In this document: in pieces, positions 1 to 12,177 of the stretch
How positions within the stretch are numbered: position 1 is the first letter of the stretch
How the letters are laid out: each line of letters opens with the position of its first letter
Assembly: GCF_006345805.1 (NCBI RefSeq)
Contig: NC_043007.1
Span: 62,124,001 to 62,188,000 of the forward strand
Direction of reading: 5' to 3'
From: Octopus sinensis
Taxonomy: Eukaryota
DNA: 64,000 nt
Notes under the pieces: model-generated
Database searches by the model: none
The model's input: only the letters and a program-made list of their open reading frames with translations
Told to the model about the DNA's origin: nothing
Position numbers and translations under genes: made by a program

Positions 1-1315
1 TTCGCTAAAAACTCATCAAATGGTCTACAGAAAGTTTCAACTCAGTATATGAGCTATTACCCCAATTCTTTATACACCCTGGAAAAATGTGTTTCTCTTT
101 ATTGCAATACTACTAGAAAATTGTGTTTGGGGAGCAGTTTTGATTCCAAATTGAACTCATGTTTCGTAATACTTTTTCTTTCATTTTTGTTGAAACACAG
201 TGTTTCTAGTTTTTTTTTTTTTTTGTTTTGTTTTTTTCACATCTGAAATATGGCTCAAACAAAACAAAAGACCCAACTTTCAACAATGCACATTATCTTT
301 TTATCGACTTAATGGGGTGGATGGGAAAAAACAACAACATAAAACAATGAAATACTTACAGTAAAAGTGATGCTGGAGCAATGCAGCAGATGGCCACGAC
401 CACAAAGACAAATCCTTTCATCCAGAGTAAAGTGTGAGCATAAATAGAGTTTAACATCAAAGAACTGGTCATTCCACAAATAGCTTCTACTGTTCCAAGA
501 CCCGCAAAAACTGAACCTGCACATTTGATGGAAGGAGATAAAAACGGCAGAATAAATTACCAGAGGAATCAATGAATGAAAGAATAAATGTTTCTTATAA
601 GGGCTCAAGGCTAGAAATTTGGTAGGGGAAAAAATTCAGATGATTATATCAATCCCAGCATTTGTCTGGCTGGTACTTTAGGAAAAGTAAAATTGCCTTG
701 GCAAAATTTGAACTAGGAACATAAAGAGCCGGAACAAATGCCTCAAGGCATTTTTCCTCGATGTTCTAACAATTCTGCCAGTTCAACACCCTTATCAAGA
801 AATATAGGTTTTAATTTAGGTCAGCAATTTTGAGGGGAGAGGGGGGATGGTCGATTACATCATCTCTAATGTATGATTGATATTTTATTTCATTGATTCC
901 AGAGGGATGACAGACAAAGTTAACCTCAACCGGATTTGAGCACAGAAGGAATATATTAATGGTCTTAAAGTTTGACACAAGACCATCAATTTTAGGGAGA
1001 GGAGAAGAGTTAGTCAGTTACTTCGAATGTTCCATTGGTATGCATTTTATTGACCTTTGTGCTACCTCCAAAAGGATAAATTAAGGTTAGAAGAAGTAAC
1101 TTGTCTTTTTACTCCTAAATCTAGTGGTTCTTAGGGTTGTTTCATTTGGTGGCACTCTGGGTATTAAATAAAAATAAATAAATTATTATTGACCAATAAT
1201 TGTTGGCCATGGAAAGTTTTAAATGGAAGCTAAGATAATAAATAAAATAAAACAGAAAAACTATTGCTTACCTTGTTTAATAAATCACAATTGTGTGTAA
1301 GACAATCTATATTGA

Positions 1316-1528
1316 TTTCAAATTTTGGCACAAGGCCAGCAATTTTGGGGAGAGGGGCAAGTCGATTACATTGATCCCCAATACTTAACTGGTACTTATT
1401 TTATTGACCCTGAAAGGATGAAAGGCAAAGTCGTCCTCAGCGGAACTTGAACTCAAAACATAAAGACGGACGAAATGCTGCCTAGCATTTTGTCCTGTAC
1501 GCTAATGATTCAGCCAGCTCGTTGCCTT
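1316..1528 (-). mobile_element. tRNA-derived SINE (Octopus-type family); degraded copies also near 600-1070, 16150-16290, 17420-17560, 17670-17885, 48505-48640, 57600-58335 and 61760-62180
   Basis: Shares the core gtcgattacatcgaccccag...ggtactta...gaaaggatgaaaggcaaagtcgacctcggcggaatttgaactc with many copies in the window; B-box-like GAGTTCAA on the minus strand. Confidence 0.8.
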
Positions 1529-1753
1529 CTAGATACATTGGATAATGTAGTCCGTAGAATCCAACTCCGCAAAAAAAATAAAAAGAAAAGGAAAAATAGA
1601 TTTGAATTCTTTGGTCATAACTTTGATCTATTAGGGCTACCTGAAGTTAACAACATCGGACATGTGCAGCAGGCAGTTGAGCATATAAGTGTCACGAAGA
1701 AATAATGTTTACAGCTAACAACAATTAGCAATGGTTTTTTTAATCGATTAGAG

Positions 1754-1816
1754 CAGTAGTTCCCAACCTGGGGTCCACAAAGTTAGTACACAAAGGGTTT
1801 GTGAACTAAATTCAAA

Positions 1817-1889
<73 letters not shown>

Positions 1890-2226
1890 TGCCCACACGG
1901 GCTAAACATAGAGGGGACAAACAAAGACAGACAAAGGGATTAAGTCGATTACATCGACCCCAGTGTTTAACTGGTACTTATTTAATCGTCCCCGAAAGGA
2001 TGAAAGGCAAAGTCGACCTCGGCGGAATTTGAACTCAAAACGTAACGCTAGACGAAATAACGCTAAGCGTTTTGCCTGGCGTGCTAACGTTTCTGCCAGT
2101 TCGCCGCCTTTACATACACACACACACACACACACACACAAGAATAAGCATATTAAAAGGGGCCGTGGGAAAGCTCATTTAAATAAAAAGGCTTGGGAAC
2201 TACTGTGAAAAGGTTGGGAACCTCTG
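1754..2226. mobile_element. hAT-type MITE containing (TA)n and a SINE
   Basis: Terminal inverted repeats CAGTAGTTCCCAACCT / AGGTTGGGAACCTCTG; 8-bp flanks GATTAGAG / GACTAGAG (TSD with one mismatch). Confidence 0.7.
1886..2110 (-). mobile_element. Near full-length tRNA-derived SINE nested in the MITE
   Basis: Minus strand starts GGCGGCGAACTGGCAGAAACGTTAGCACGCC; same family as the array at 40848-41850. Confidence 0.85.
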
Positions 2227-3006
2227 GACTAGAGTATTAGTTTGTATTGCTGAGATCGAATGCAACTAATATTTATATGGGGAGTACAGTGGTCGGTTGT
2301 AGACTGACTTGGTGAAAAATTCAGTGGTGTTCCAACAATCTGGTAGGTTTTATTATTCACTATCACTCATTTATAAATTACATTCACATCCACCTATAGA
2401 TAACTATCATATATAATCCCTTGGCAATAAGGTAAGTCAAAAATATATGGTTGAGACATTACAAATGATCACAATTAGTAGTGACTGAGAAATGTAGAGG
2501 AAATCGATCCATATTTCTGGTATTCGTTGATTATTTTCATTGCTCACACTCAGACAGAAAACTAGGTCGACCGCTACAGAATTTGAACTCAGAACATACA
2601 GGAGATAGCTAAATACCGTGACTTATCTTGCTAAGTGTTCTATAGTTTGTTCCACTTGAAAGATACATGCTAATTTCTAACATAGGCAGAAGCCCTAAAG
2701 TCAGAGGTTATATAGTTGCTCCTAGTACTTAACTTGTTTTTTCAGTGGTGTTTCAACAATCTAATTAATAGGTTTTGTTATTAACTATCACTCACCTATA
2801 AATCACCGTCACCTATAGACCAATATTATATATAATCTAAACCCCTTCAAGATTTGGTCTCAAAAGTTAAAGGGGCATCACTAAATTCAGAAGCCATTTT
2901 GTTTAGTGTTTTACTGAATCTGGTATCTATCACCATTACAAGGAAAGCTGTTGAAAGGCTTCTTTGGCCATTTTCTTTTCTAATGGAAATAATAGTCACT
3001 GTTTAC

Positions 3007-3090
3007 CTTGTTCTGTAGCATCCGAAAGTTGTGAAACGATTGTCCGTATCATCGCAAAAGACAGCAATCCGGGAGCACCAACTAATCCGG
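3007..3090 (-). CDS. slc46a: SLC46-family transporter, putative shared (constant) 84-bp exon, about TM11
   Basis: Acceptor ttatttttctcaaatttcag and donor G|GTAAAC, phase 1 to phase 1. Translates (A)GLVGAPGLLSFAMIRTIVSQLSDATEQ(G), matching the PCFT segment ...PVIRAKLSKLVRETEQG. Human SLC46A1 exon 3 is also 84 bp (28 aa). Confidence 0.88.
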
Positions 3091-3814
3091 CTGAAATTTG
3101 AGAAAAATAATTGAATGTTTTGTTTATTATTCTTTCTAATGGTGCGATATATGTATTTTCATACATACATGTATTTGTATGTGCGTGTGTGTGAGTGTTT
3201 GTACATGTGTGTGTGTGAGTTTGTGTGTGCGCGCGCGTACATATGCATATGTGCGTGTGTATGTATGTTTTCTACTCTTTTTGTATAAAGCTAAGTCTTT
3301 TGGCTACTGGAAATAAAGTTGGACAATCGTGGTGCTGATGACGACTATTGAGCCAGAAGCACATGTCCACAACAATGTTCTTATCTCCAGACAATAAGCT
3401 TGTCCAATTGATAATGAAATTTCAGTTTTGAAGAACCCTTTATTCCTGAAATTATTTCGCCTTGAGCTGTCCAGAATTGCCATTTAGTAATTATGATTCT
3501 CCTTTGAGACAGAGATAATTTTAATAAATCAAGAATCTATGTTCTTTATTTATTGAAAGCATGAAGTTAAAAATGTATATAATCTTATAACATATGTAAC
3601 ATGTATGTATATGATATATGAATAATACAAAACCACATTAGAATATAAATCCTAGACAATAGTCATGATTATTCCGTAATATAAGATTTTACAAAAGAAG
3701 AACAAAGCAAAGAAAAAAAACTGGAGAAAAAAGGAAAGAGTGGAGAGAGAAAAAAAGAGGATAAAAAGCATCAATGCAGCACCAAGTGCTTCAATTGGTT
3801 ACACACCACAAGGT

Positions 3815-4030
3815 TCATCGGAATCTAGTGAAGTAAGCCAACACACTCGCAGCATTATTACAGGCGATAGCATGGCTAAGGCGTTGGAAAAGCCAAACGC
3901 TTTCATGAGTATCACTTGACACCTCGGTGAGGCATGCTGCCAATGATGACAAGAACTTCGTGGTTAGTGGCTCAGTCCCTTCAAATGTCTCAAATACCAC
4001 AGGCTGGAAGAGATAGTTCACTGTCAGGTT
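3815..4030 (-). mobile_element. 3' fragment of a CRE-like (RLE) non-LTR retrotransposon
   Basis: Translation FQPVVFETF...FQRLSHAIACNNAASVL resembles the CRE-clade C-terminus (VETLG...QRLSIAIQRGNA). Confidence 0.6.
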
Positions 4031-4344
4031 ATTTAACATACTTGTAATTTTGTGTGTGTGTGTGTGTGCGCGCGCGTGTAATAATAATAATAATAATATC
4101 TTTTCATGAATATATATCATCGGTGAGGATAACTTTGCTAAAAACAAATAATCAAAAGCAAGCGCTACAATCCGAAATAAAGAAAGGAAAAAGATATTAT
4201 CTCTAAGATGAACTGACGTTAAATTAAAATTGGAAATAGTTATCTAGAGAAGAGAATAATAGTCTGCTCTTTAAGAGACACTGTGTCAGTTTCGGACATT
4301 GTTTCGGTATAATTCAACTTCTTCAATTAATAGGATAATAGTTA

Positions 4345-4386
<42 letters not shown>

Positions 4387-4654
4387 CTTGCGGCGGAAAA
4401 CAACACAAAGACTGATAGTAATTATTCAAGGAAACATCCTAATGGAAAATAAATAATGATTACATTTTCTACAAAGTACAATAGTCCTCTATTTTACGAG
4501 AAGTAACTGAGATAATAGTCACGCTTATTACTTTCTCAAGTTCATAATTGAAATCGGGCTACGGTTTCAATTTTCGAGGCTCTTCGTTCTTGCTCTACGT
4601 TGTCTTTCTGCCACCGTTGAGAAGAACATTAATGGTATTGCAATGAATAGTTAC

Positions 4655-5904
4655 CTGCATAAAGCATCCACTCTGAAGAAGCTAAAGCTACAAATATGTT
4701 CTGAGCAATCGATGTGAAAACTGCGGTGACACCAATTATATCGTCCGGAAGAAAGAGCTGGAAGATCTTTAAAGCAATTGTACTGACAACCGGTTGAACA
4801 ATAGACATAATTCCGACATAATGTCCACGCTTAATAGAATCAAAGCAAAACGGTGAATTGAATTGGTATAATCTTTCAATAGTCCATATTCCATATAAAC
4901 TTTGACTTAATGTTATGAAACAGATAATGCACAAAATAAATTTCAACCGTGAATATTTGTTTTGGTACTTGTCAGTTTTAAGATAAAATTTCAAAACACG
5001 TCTCATACTTTTGCCAAGTTTCAGATCTGACCATTTCCCCCGTGTTTTCACTGTTTCCTTCGCGAAAACTAGCAATAATATCACGAGAACTATTTTAAAT
5101 ATAAGAGAGCTCACTGTCGGCCAGAAAAATCCAAAAGCATGAATAAAATAACCTGTAGCAAAGTTAACAATACCATAGAATAATGTAGACAGGTTTCCCA
5201 CAACGACGAGAAAGGTTCCCGGGAGACGTCCCTTTGCAGTTAAATCTACTGTATATACGTACGCTAGAAGAATATTAGCGAAATAACCTCCAGAAATCCC
5301 TTCTAGAAAATATCCTATAAGAAGATAGCAAAAGAGATCGATAGAATAAGTACTGGGCTTACAAAGAATAAGTCCCGGGGTCGATTTGCTCGACTATAAG
5401 GCGGTGCTCCAGCATGGCCGCAGTCAAATGACTGAAACAAGTAAAAGAGTAAAAAAAGAGTATATTATAAGCAATGACCGGTTTTCAGCCAAGAATATCG
5501 GTCCAACTTCCCAAAAGAAGTACCATAAAGGCTTGAGGAATGCCAAACGTCAAACTGAAATACAGTTCCCATGTTGCTGCTTCAGACTGGATTTTCTGCT
5601 GTAATAAATAAACTGGCGATGCCTTGTTCACTGAGCATAAGGAGTTGCCTCCGTGACTGAAAGTTGAATTAATGGCTAACGTAGTATTTTCAATGTGCTC
5701 TTCAGCTAATTTGGCATAAAGATATTGATCCATTATGGGTAAGCTAAGTGCATATGATATATCTTCTAAAAAGTGAATAAAGAAAAATGAATAATGTCTC
5801 CATGTTACTTTATCGACCAGAGAATCTTGGTTTTCTATCGTTGTGTTATTGTCGTGTTTTTGTTCCACAGGTGTGAGGCTAAACGAATCCTTGAGTTTAC
5901 CCAT
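4655..5904 (-). pseudogene. slc46a: SLC46-family variable exon A, pseudogenised duplicate of exon B
   Basis: Nearly identical to 10411-11590, but with CGA>TGA at 5485-5487 and a 132-bp SINE piece (5330-5461) replacing 62 coding bp. The donor GCAG|GTAACT at 4655/4654 is retained. Confidence 0.9.
5330..5461 (+). mobile_element. 3' portion of a SINE inserted in exon A
   Basis: Absent from exon B. Matches repeats at ~17110-17240 (+) and ~41940-42070 (-): ggcggtgctccagcatggccgcagtcaaatgactgaaacaagtaaaaga. Confidence 0.85.
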
Positions 5905-6218
5905 AATGGTTTAAGTCAAAGTAACTGAAAGCGAAACTCTAAGTTTAGTTGTTCTGAGATCAGCACCGGTCTATTGCTGAATATTGTTGAATGAATTAAT
6001 ACCGATTAGAAACACGAGTGGTTCCTCACATGTAAAGATAAAGCTAACATCTGCAAAGAAATCATCATCTCACAGACATACGGACAATACGAAATCTTTG
6101 CGTTGCTTATTCTTAGAGATAGGATTAAGATGAATTTGCAAATACTTTGGTCAAGATGCTTGGTTACTGATCTAACGATGATTACTTTGCTTGTGTGTTT
6201 TCTTAATGATGTGACCCA

Positions 6219-6325
6219 ATTATCTGATAAGAAAATATAAATTATCAGATAAGAATTATCAGTATGAACAAGGAATTCCTACATTCACTAGTTTTCAGCA
6301 AAAATCAGAGAAATTGCGCAGTATT
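6219..6325. promoter_or_regulatory. Putative GATA-site cluster plus C/EBP-like site upstream of exon A
   Basis: TTATCTGATAAG, TTATCAGATAAG, TTATCAG and ATTGCGCAGT about 0.3-0.4 kb upstream of the ATG. Motif match only. Confidence 0.4.
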
Positions 6326-6464
6326 ATAGTAATAGTACAGGATTTGTCCCAATATAACTTCAACCAATTGAATAAGTCCAAAGACACACATGTATACACG
6401 CACCCATATAAGCATACACACACATACATACATACATACATACATACATACATACATACATACA

Positions 6465-6496
<32 letters not shown>

Positions 6497-6556
6497 AGCA
6501 TAGAGACACACACACATACATATATGCATAGACACACATACATACACAAACATGTA

Positions 6557-6881
6557 GGAGCATTCCGTCAGTTACGACGAGGGGGTCCCAGCTGATACAG
6601 TCAACGGAACAGCCTACTCGTGAAATTAACGTGAAAGTGACTGAGCAATCTACAGACGCGCGTGCCCTTAAAGTAGTTCTCAGGGGGATTCAGCGTGACA
6701 CAGAGTGTGACAAGGCCGACCCTTTGAAATACAGGTACAACTCATTTTTCCCAGCTGAATGGACCGGAGCAACGTCAAATAAAGTGTCTTGCTCAAGGAC
6801 AACAACGCGTCGCCGGAAATCGAACTCACGACCTTACAATCGTGAGCCGAATGCCCTAACGACTAGGCCACGCGCCTTCAC
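6557..6881 (-). mobile_element. Second tRNA-derived SINE family (duplicate at ~12240-12538)
   Basis: tRNA-like head GGCGCGTGGCCTAGTCGTTAGGGCATTCGGCTCACG...GAGTTCGATTTCC followed by a CORE-like CCTTGAGCAAGACACTT. Confidence 0.75.
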
Positions 6882-7180
6882 AAACATATAAGCATACACA
6901 CAAACACACACACACACATGTATATATATATATTCATAAATGGATAAAAAAAAGTGCCGTGAACTAACCGTGAGGAGTGGAAATCTAATGTATCGGACGG
7001 TGTACTTCTTCAAGGGAAGAGGTGAAAGGAAAGAAATTAATAAGGGCCTGCAAAGTTTTACCATTCCCTAAGCTTCTCTTTAACTTAGAGGATGTAAGAC
7101 TATGCTGTCTCTCATTAATTTCTCTCCTTAAACTTTGTTCGATTGTTCGATCATTGTATCTATATACATATACGTACATA

Positions 7181-7219
<39 letters not shown>

Positions 7220-7819
7220 CACACACACACACACACACACACACACGTACACCCATTAGCTTCCTCTTCCACTTCGACACGTCAAACAGAACAAACAGAG
7301 GAGTGTTTACAGTTGACAAGACAACACGTGCTCACGGAAATTAACGAGGATAGTTGGCAACTCTGATACTGAAAACGCAAGATGGCCAAGATATTCTATG
7401 AGTCAAGTAAGGGCAATAATTGAAATAAATACATTAAGAAAATCACGTTTAAGGCTGCCCACATTAAAATCGAGTTGTATGCAAGATGAAATAGTGACAA
7501 TACTAATTAAAAGTCTGTTGCTTTTTTTAAAAGGAAGTAAAAAAAAATCTGAAAATCGGCTATAATAATGTAGCCTTTCAGTCTCATTGCTTTGAAGGTA
7601 TGATGTTGTAGAGGGAAAAAAATTGAAGAAAAAGTTACAGAGGTTTAAAAATCGGAGTGGGGGAGGTATTTTTAGTCAATAGCGAGACAGAAATTTTCTG
7701 CGTTTAGCGGAGCGATGTCAACTTCAAGGCCGTACCCTGTGAAATTTATAGTTTAGCGTCTGACTTGTTCATTGCTGGTTTCTAAATAAACAGAAATATC
7801 TAATAAAATCAACATGTAC

Positions 7820-8560
7820 CATCTTTGATTGTATGTTTCTATCATTTTTTTAAAATTTGTTATATTAATACATTTGTCTGCATGTGTTTACTTTATGCGT
7901 ACTTCAGTATTATGTATACCTAACATATATCTATGTACAAATACCTGTATTACATACGTTTTTGCATGCAGAATTCAAAAATAATGTCAAATTATCTGTA
8001 TCACCCACAGTTTCTCTGTTCCACGATATCCCTCTCAGTTTCTCTGTTCCACAATATCCCTCTCAGTTCCTGTTACATCGGCTAAATTTCAGTTAAGCTG
8101 TTGAAATGTGAAGCTAACGGGTTAAGAAATACTCTTTAAATTTTTTATGAATAGAATTACCTAGTGAAATCATAAATCCAACTATCTGAGTCAATGAGTC
8201 CCAAAAATATATGAAATGAAAAATATGTAAAAATACTAACACACAGAAGCACAGAAAAAAATATATAATAACACACAGAAAAATTAAAACAAAACATGCG
8301 GGTGAAATCAACATAGACAAGAGTAAGCCACAACACAGCGTGCGGTTGTCATGGTAACAAGCTACTAATGCTACTGTCTGTTGATTGGCTAAAATTACCC
8401 AACTTTAATTCCAAGTAAACATCATATTCTTTAATTTATGAGATAAAGTAATTGGTTGATCGTAATCAAAATTCTGATTCGCATTCATACACCAAAATTG
8501 AAAGCAATCTGAGCAAAATTAAGGAGAGGGTCATTTTGCGAATGAGAAAGACTAGATCCG
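7820..8560. mobile_element. Dispersed non-autonomous repeat related to 54690-56240
   Basis: Shared blocks, e.g. gaatagaatt..tagtgaaatcataaatcca and acaacacagcgtgcggttgtcatg...ctagatccgca. Confidence 0.6.
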
Positions 8561-10084
8561 CAAAAATGAACAGTATGTAGCGATATTATTCACTTGTAAA
8601 TAGATACAAAACCGAATTACAATGAAAATGTACGACAGAAGATTAACCATCAAGAGACAAGAATAATAAATCAAGAATGCTTCGGGCTGGGAAAAAGGTT
8701 TTAGCTATTTACGAGAACAGCTACAAACAGTGTTAATTAGATGGAATTTTGGTTAATGTTTACAATATTACCCGGAAACGAAAAAAAAAAGATAGTGCAA
8801 CGGGTGTAAAAAATGTGTATGAAATGAATAGGGAGAGGACTTTCGGAAAATTCACAAGATCCGAGTTTTTCCCTCATAACTTTTAGGAAAGTCCGGAAAC
8901 TTTAATCCTATGGTACTACTCTTCTGGTTATCCCTGTGATTGTAAATACCACTGAGATGAAGAACATTATAAAGAAAAGAAAAACAAGCTTAGGTCCCTG
9001 AGGTCTGCAGCACAGGTTTCAGATGGAAAATTACAGACATACACAAGTAATGCACTTCAACAAATAAGATTTCATTTTTGCCGTTGGGCACGGAAAGTAA
9101 CAAACTCACCGAAAAAGAATTAGCGCGAAGGAAAAGAGGACTATGACTTTCGTCTCATAACGAACGTGAAGGAAGGAGAGAATTTTAAGAATGTGTGACC
9201 CAGGTGAAGTTATCGGTAAGCAAGACAGGATGAGGGAAATATTGATATTGGCCAACAAACATCAGCAAAAGAGCGTAAGAATGGTTTTGAATAGAGTAAA
9301 AGTGAGAGAGAGATAGAAAGAAAGATAATGAAAGAGGATAAGGAAACGTAAATGTAAATGAAAGCATGTTAAATAAGAGGGACAGAAAGAAAGATAGAGA
9401 GCAGAAAAATGTGAGTGAGAATATGAGAGAGGGAGAGAGAGAGAGAGAAAGAGAAAGGAGAAAGTAAAAGAATGAGTTAGCCAGGAGGGAAAATAATGTA
9501 TTCATAGCAAGAAAGAAAAATTATTTATAGATGAGCGATAATAGGATGCTGTGTACTCCAGAAATGAATATAGTGAAAATCAATCTGAAACATATAAACG
9601 ATTAACTGAAAAGGACAATTAAATGTGGAAATCCTCTCGTCAGCCATTGAAACCAGAATCAGTATAGTTTCAGTGCGTTTAAAAGTCCGGAGATTTTACT
9701 TCCATCGTACTACTCCGTAACTGTACCAGTTATTGCAAACATCATTGAGAAGATGGACATTACAAAGAAATATATATATAATATTGAGAGCAGCAACATA
9801 TAAGTGAGGTGCTAATTTATTTGATATGTCGATCAATATCTTTTCATGAATATATATCATCGGTGAGGATAACATTGCTAAAAACAAATAATCAAAAGCA
9901 AGCGCTACAATCCGAAATAAAGAAAGGAAAAAGATATTATCTCTAAGATTAGCTGACGTTAAATTAAAATTGGAAATAGTTATCTAGAGAAGAGAATAAT
10001 AGCCTGCTCTTTAAGAAACACTGTGTCAGTTTCGGACATTGTTTCGGTATAATTCAACTTCTTCAATTAATAGGATAATAGTTA

Positions 10085-10142
<58 letters not shown>

Positions 10143-10410
10143 CTTGTGGCGGAAAACAACATAAAGACTGATAGTAATTATTCAAGGAAACATCCTAATG
10201 GAAAATAAATAATGATTACATTTTTTACAAAGTACAATAGTCCTCTATTTTACGAGAAGTAACTGAGATAATAGTCACGCTTATTACTTTCTCAAGTTCA
10301 TAATTGAAATCGGGCTACGGTTTCAATTTTCGAGGCTCTTCATTCTTGCTCTACGTTGTCTTTCTGCCACCGTTGAGAAGAATATTAATGGTATTGCAAT
10401 GAATAGTTAC

Positions 10411-11590
10411 CTGCATAAAGCATCCACTCTGAAGAAGCTAAAGCTACAAATATGTTCTGGGCAATCGATGTGAAAACTGCGGTGACACCAATTATATCGT
10501 CCGGAAGAAAGAGCTGGAAGATCTTTAAAGCAATTGTACTGACAACCGGTTGAACAATAGACATAATTCCGACATAATGTCCACGCTTAATAGAATCAAA
10601 GCAAAACGGTGAATTGAATTGGTATAATCTTTCAATAGTCCATATTCCATATAAACTTTGACTTAATGTTATGAAACAGATAATGCACAAAATAAATTTC
10701 AACCGTGAATATTTGTTTTGGTACTTGTCAGTTTTAAGATAAAATTTCAAAACACGTCTCATACTTTTGCCAAGTTTCAGATCTGACCATTTCCCCCGTG
10801 TTTTCACTGTTTCCTTCGCGAAAACTAGCAATAATATCACGAGAACTATTTTAAATATAAGAGAGCTCACTGTCGGCCAGAAAAATCCAAAAGCACGAAG
10901 TAAATAACCTGTAGCAAAGTTAATAGTACCATAGAATAAATAAGACAGGTTTCCCACAATGACAAGAAAAGTTCCCCGGAGACGTCCCTTTGCAGTTAAA
11001 TCTACTGTATATACGTACGCTAGAAGAATATTAGCGAAATAACCTCCAGAAATCCCTTCTAGAAAATATCCTATAAGAAGATAGCCTGTTGGCAATTTCC
11101 AGTGCATTACTGCTATGTAGACGACACATCTTCCAGCAAAACCTAACATATTATAAGCAATGACCGGTTTTCGGCCAAGTATATCGGTCCAACTTCCCAA
11201 AAGAAGTACCATAAAGGCTTGAGGAATGCCCTGTATCAAACTGAAATACAGTCCCCATGTTGCTGCTTCAGACTGGATTTTCTGCTGTAATAAATAAACT
11301 GGCGATGCCTTGTTCACTGAGCATAAGGAGTTGCCTCCGTGACTGAAAGTTGAATTAATGGCTAACGTAGTATTTTCAATGTGCTCTTCAGCTAATTTGG
11401 CATAAAGATATTGATCCATTATGGGTAAGCTAAGTGCATACGATATATCTTCTAAAAAGTGAATAAAGAAAAATGAATAATGCCTCCATGTTACTTTATC
11501 GACCAGAGAATCTTGGTTTTCTATCGTTGTGTTATTGTCGTGTTTTTGTTCCACAGGTGTGAGGCTAAACGAATCCTTGAGTTTACCCAT
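10411..11590 (-). CDS. slc46a: SLC46-family (PCFT/SLC46A3-like) MFS transporter, variable exon B (~TM1-10)
   Basis: Intact 1180-nt ATG-to-donor exon (393 codons + 1). QYLY in TM1, glycosylated loop 1 with Cys, MFS motif A GSWTDILGRK, YTVD, SPFCF. Donor GCAG|GTAACT. Confidence 0.92.
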
Positions 11591-11904
11591 AATGGTTTAA
11601 GTCAAAGTAACTGAAAGCGAAATTCTAAGTTTAGTTGTTCTGAGATCAGCACCGGTCTATTGCTGACTATTGTTGAATGAATTGATACCGATTATAAATA
11701 CGAGTGGTTCCTCACATGTAAAGATAAAGCGAACGGCCGCAAAGAAATCATCATCTCACAGACATACGGACAATACGAAATCTTTGCGTTGCTTATTCTT
11801 AGAGACAGGATTAAGATGAATTTGCAAATACTTTGGTCAAGTTGCTTGGTTACTGATCTAACGTTGATTACATTGCTTGTCTGTTTTCTTAATGATGTGA
11901 CCCA

Positions 11905-12012
11905 ATTATCTGATAAGAAAATATAAATTATCAGATAAGAATTATCAGTATGAGCAAGGAATTCCTACATTCACTAGTTTTCAGCAAAAATCAGAGAAAT
12001 TGCGCAGTATTA
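11905..12012. promoter_or_regulatory. Putative GATA cluster plus C/EBP-like site upstream of exon B
   Basis: Same motifs as 6219-6325. Confidence 0.4.
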
Positions 12013-12145
12013 CAGTAATAGTACAGGATTTGTCCCAATATAACTTCAACCAATTGACTAAGTCCAAAACACACATGTATACACGCACCCATATAAGCAT
12101 ACACACACATACATACATACATACATACATACATACATACATACA

Positions 12146-12177
<32 letters not shown>

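Larger units (their letters stand above)
4095..7210. repeat. Segmental duplication, copy 1 (partner ~9835-12870)
   Basis: Near-identical intron start, SLC46 exon, upstream region, (TACA)n and SINE in both copies; the ends abut (AAT)n or (CA)n tracts. Confidence 0.9.

Noticed and set aside
1265-1310. Strong minus-strand donor AAG|GTAAGC as the next SLC46 exon
   Set aside because: The upstream sequence does not translate to a TM12-like SLC46 segment; the remaining exons are probably outside the window.
6800-6881. tRNA-like sequence (also ~12460-12538 and SINE heads)
   Set aside because: These are heads of tRNA-derived SINEs with degenerate stems, not tRNA genes.
10385-10410. ORF tails past the donors (GNYSLQYH; CKYYMFNVNIF; GKYIEF...) as true C-termini of single-exon genes
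   Set aside because: The tails are unrelated to each other, start exactly at GT donor sites, and would leave 10-TM proteins; intron read-through is more likely.
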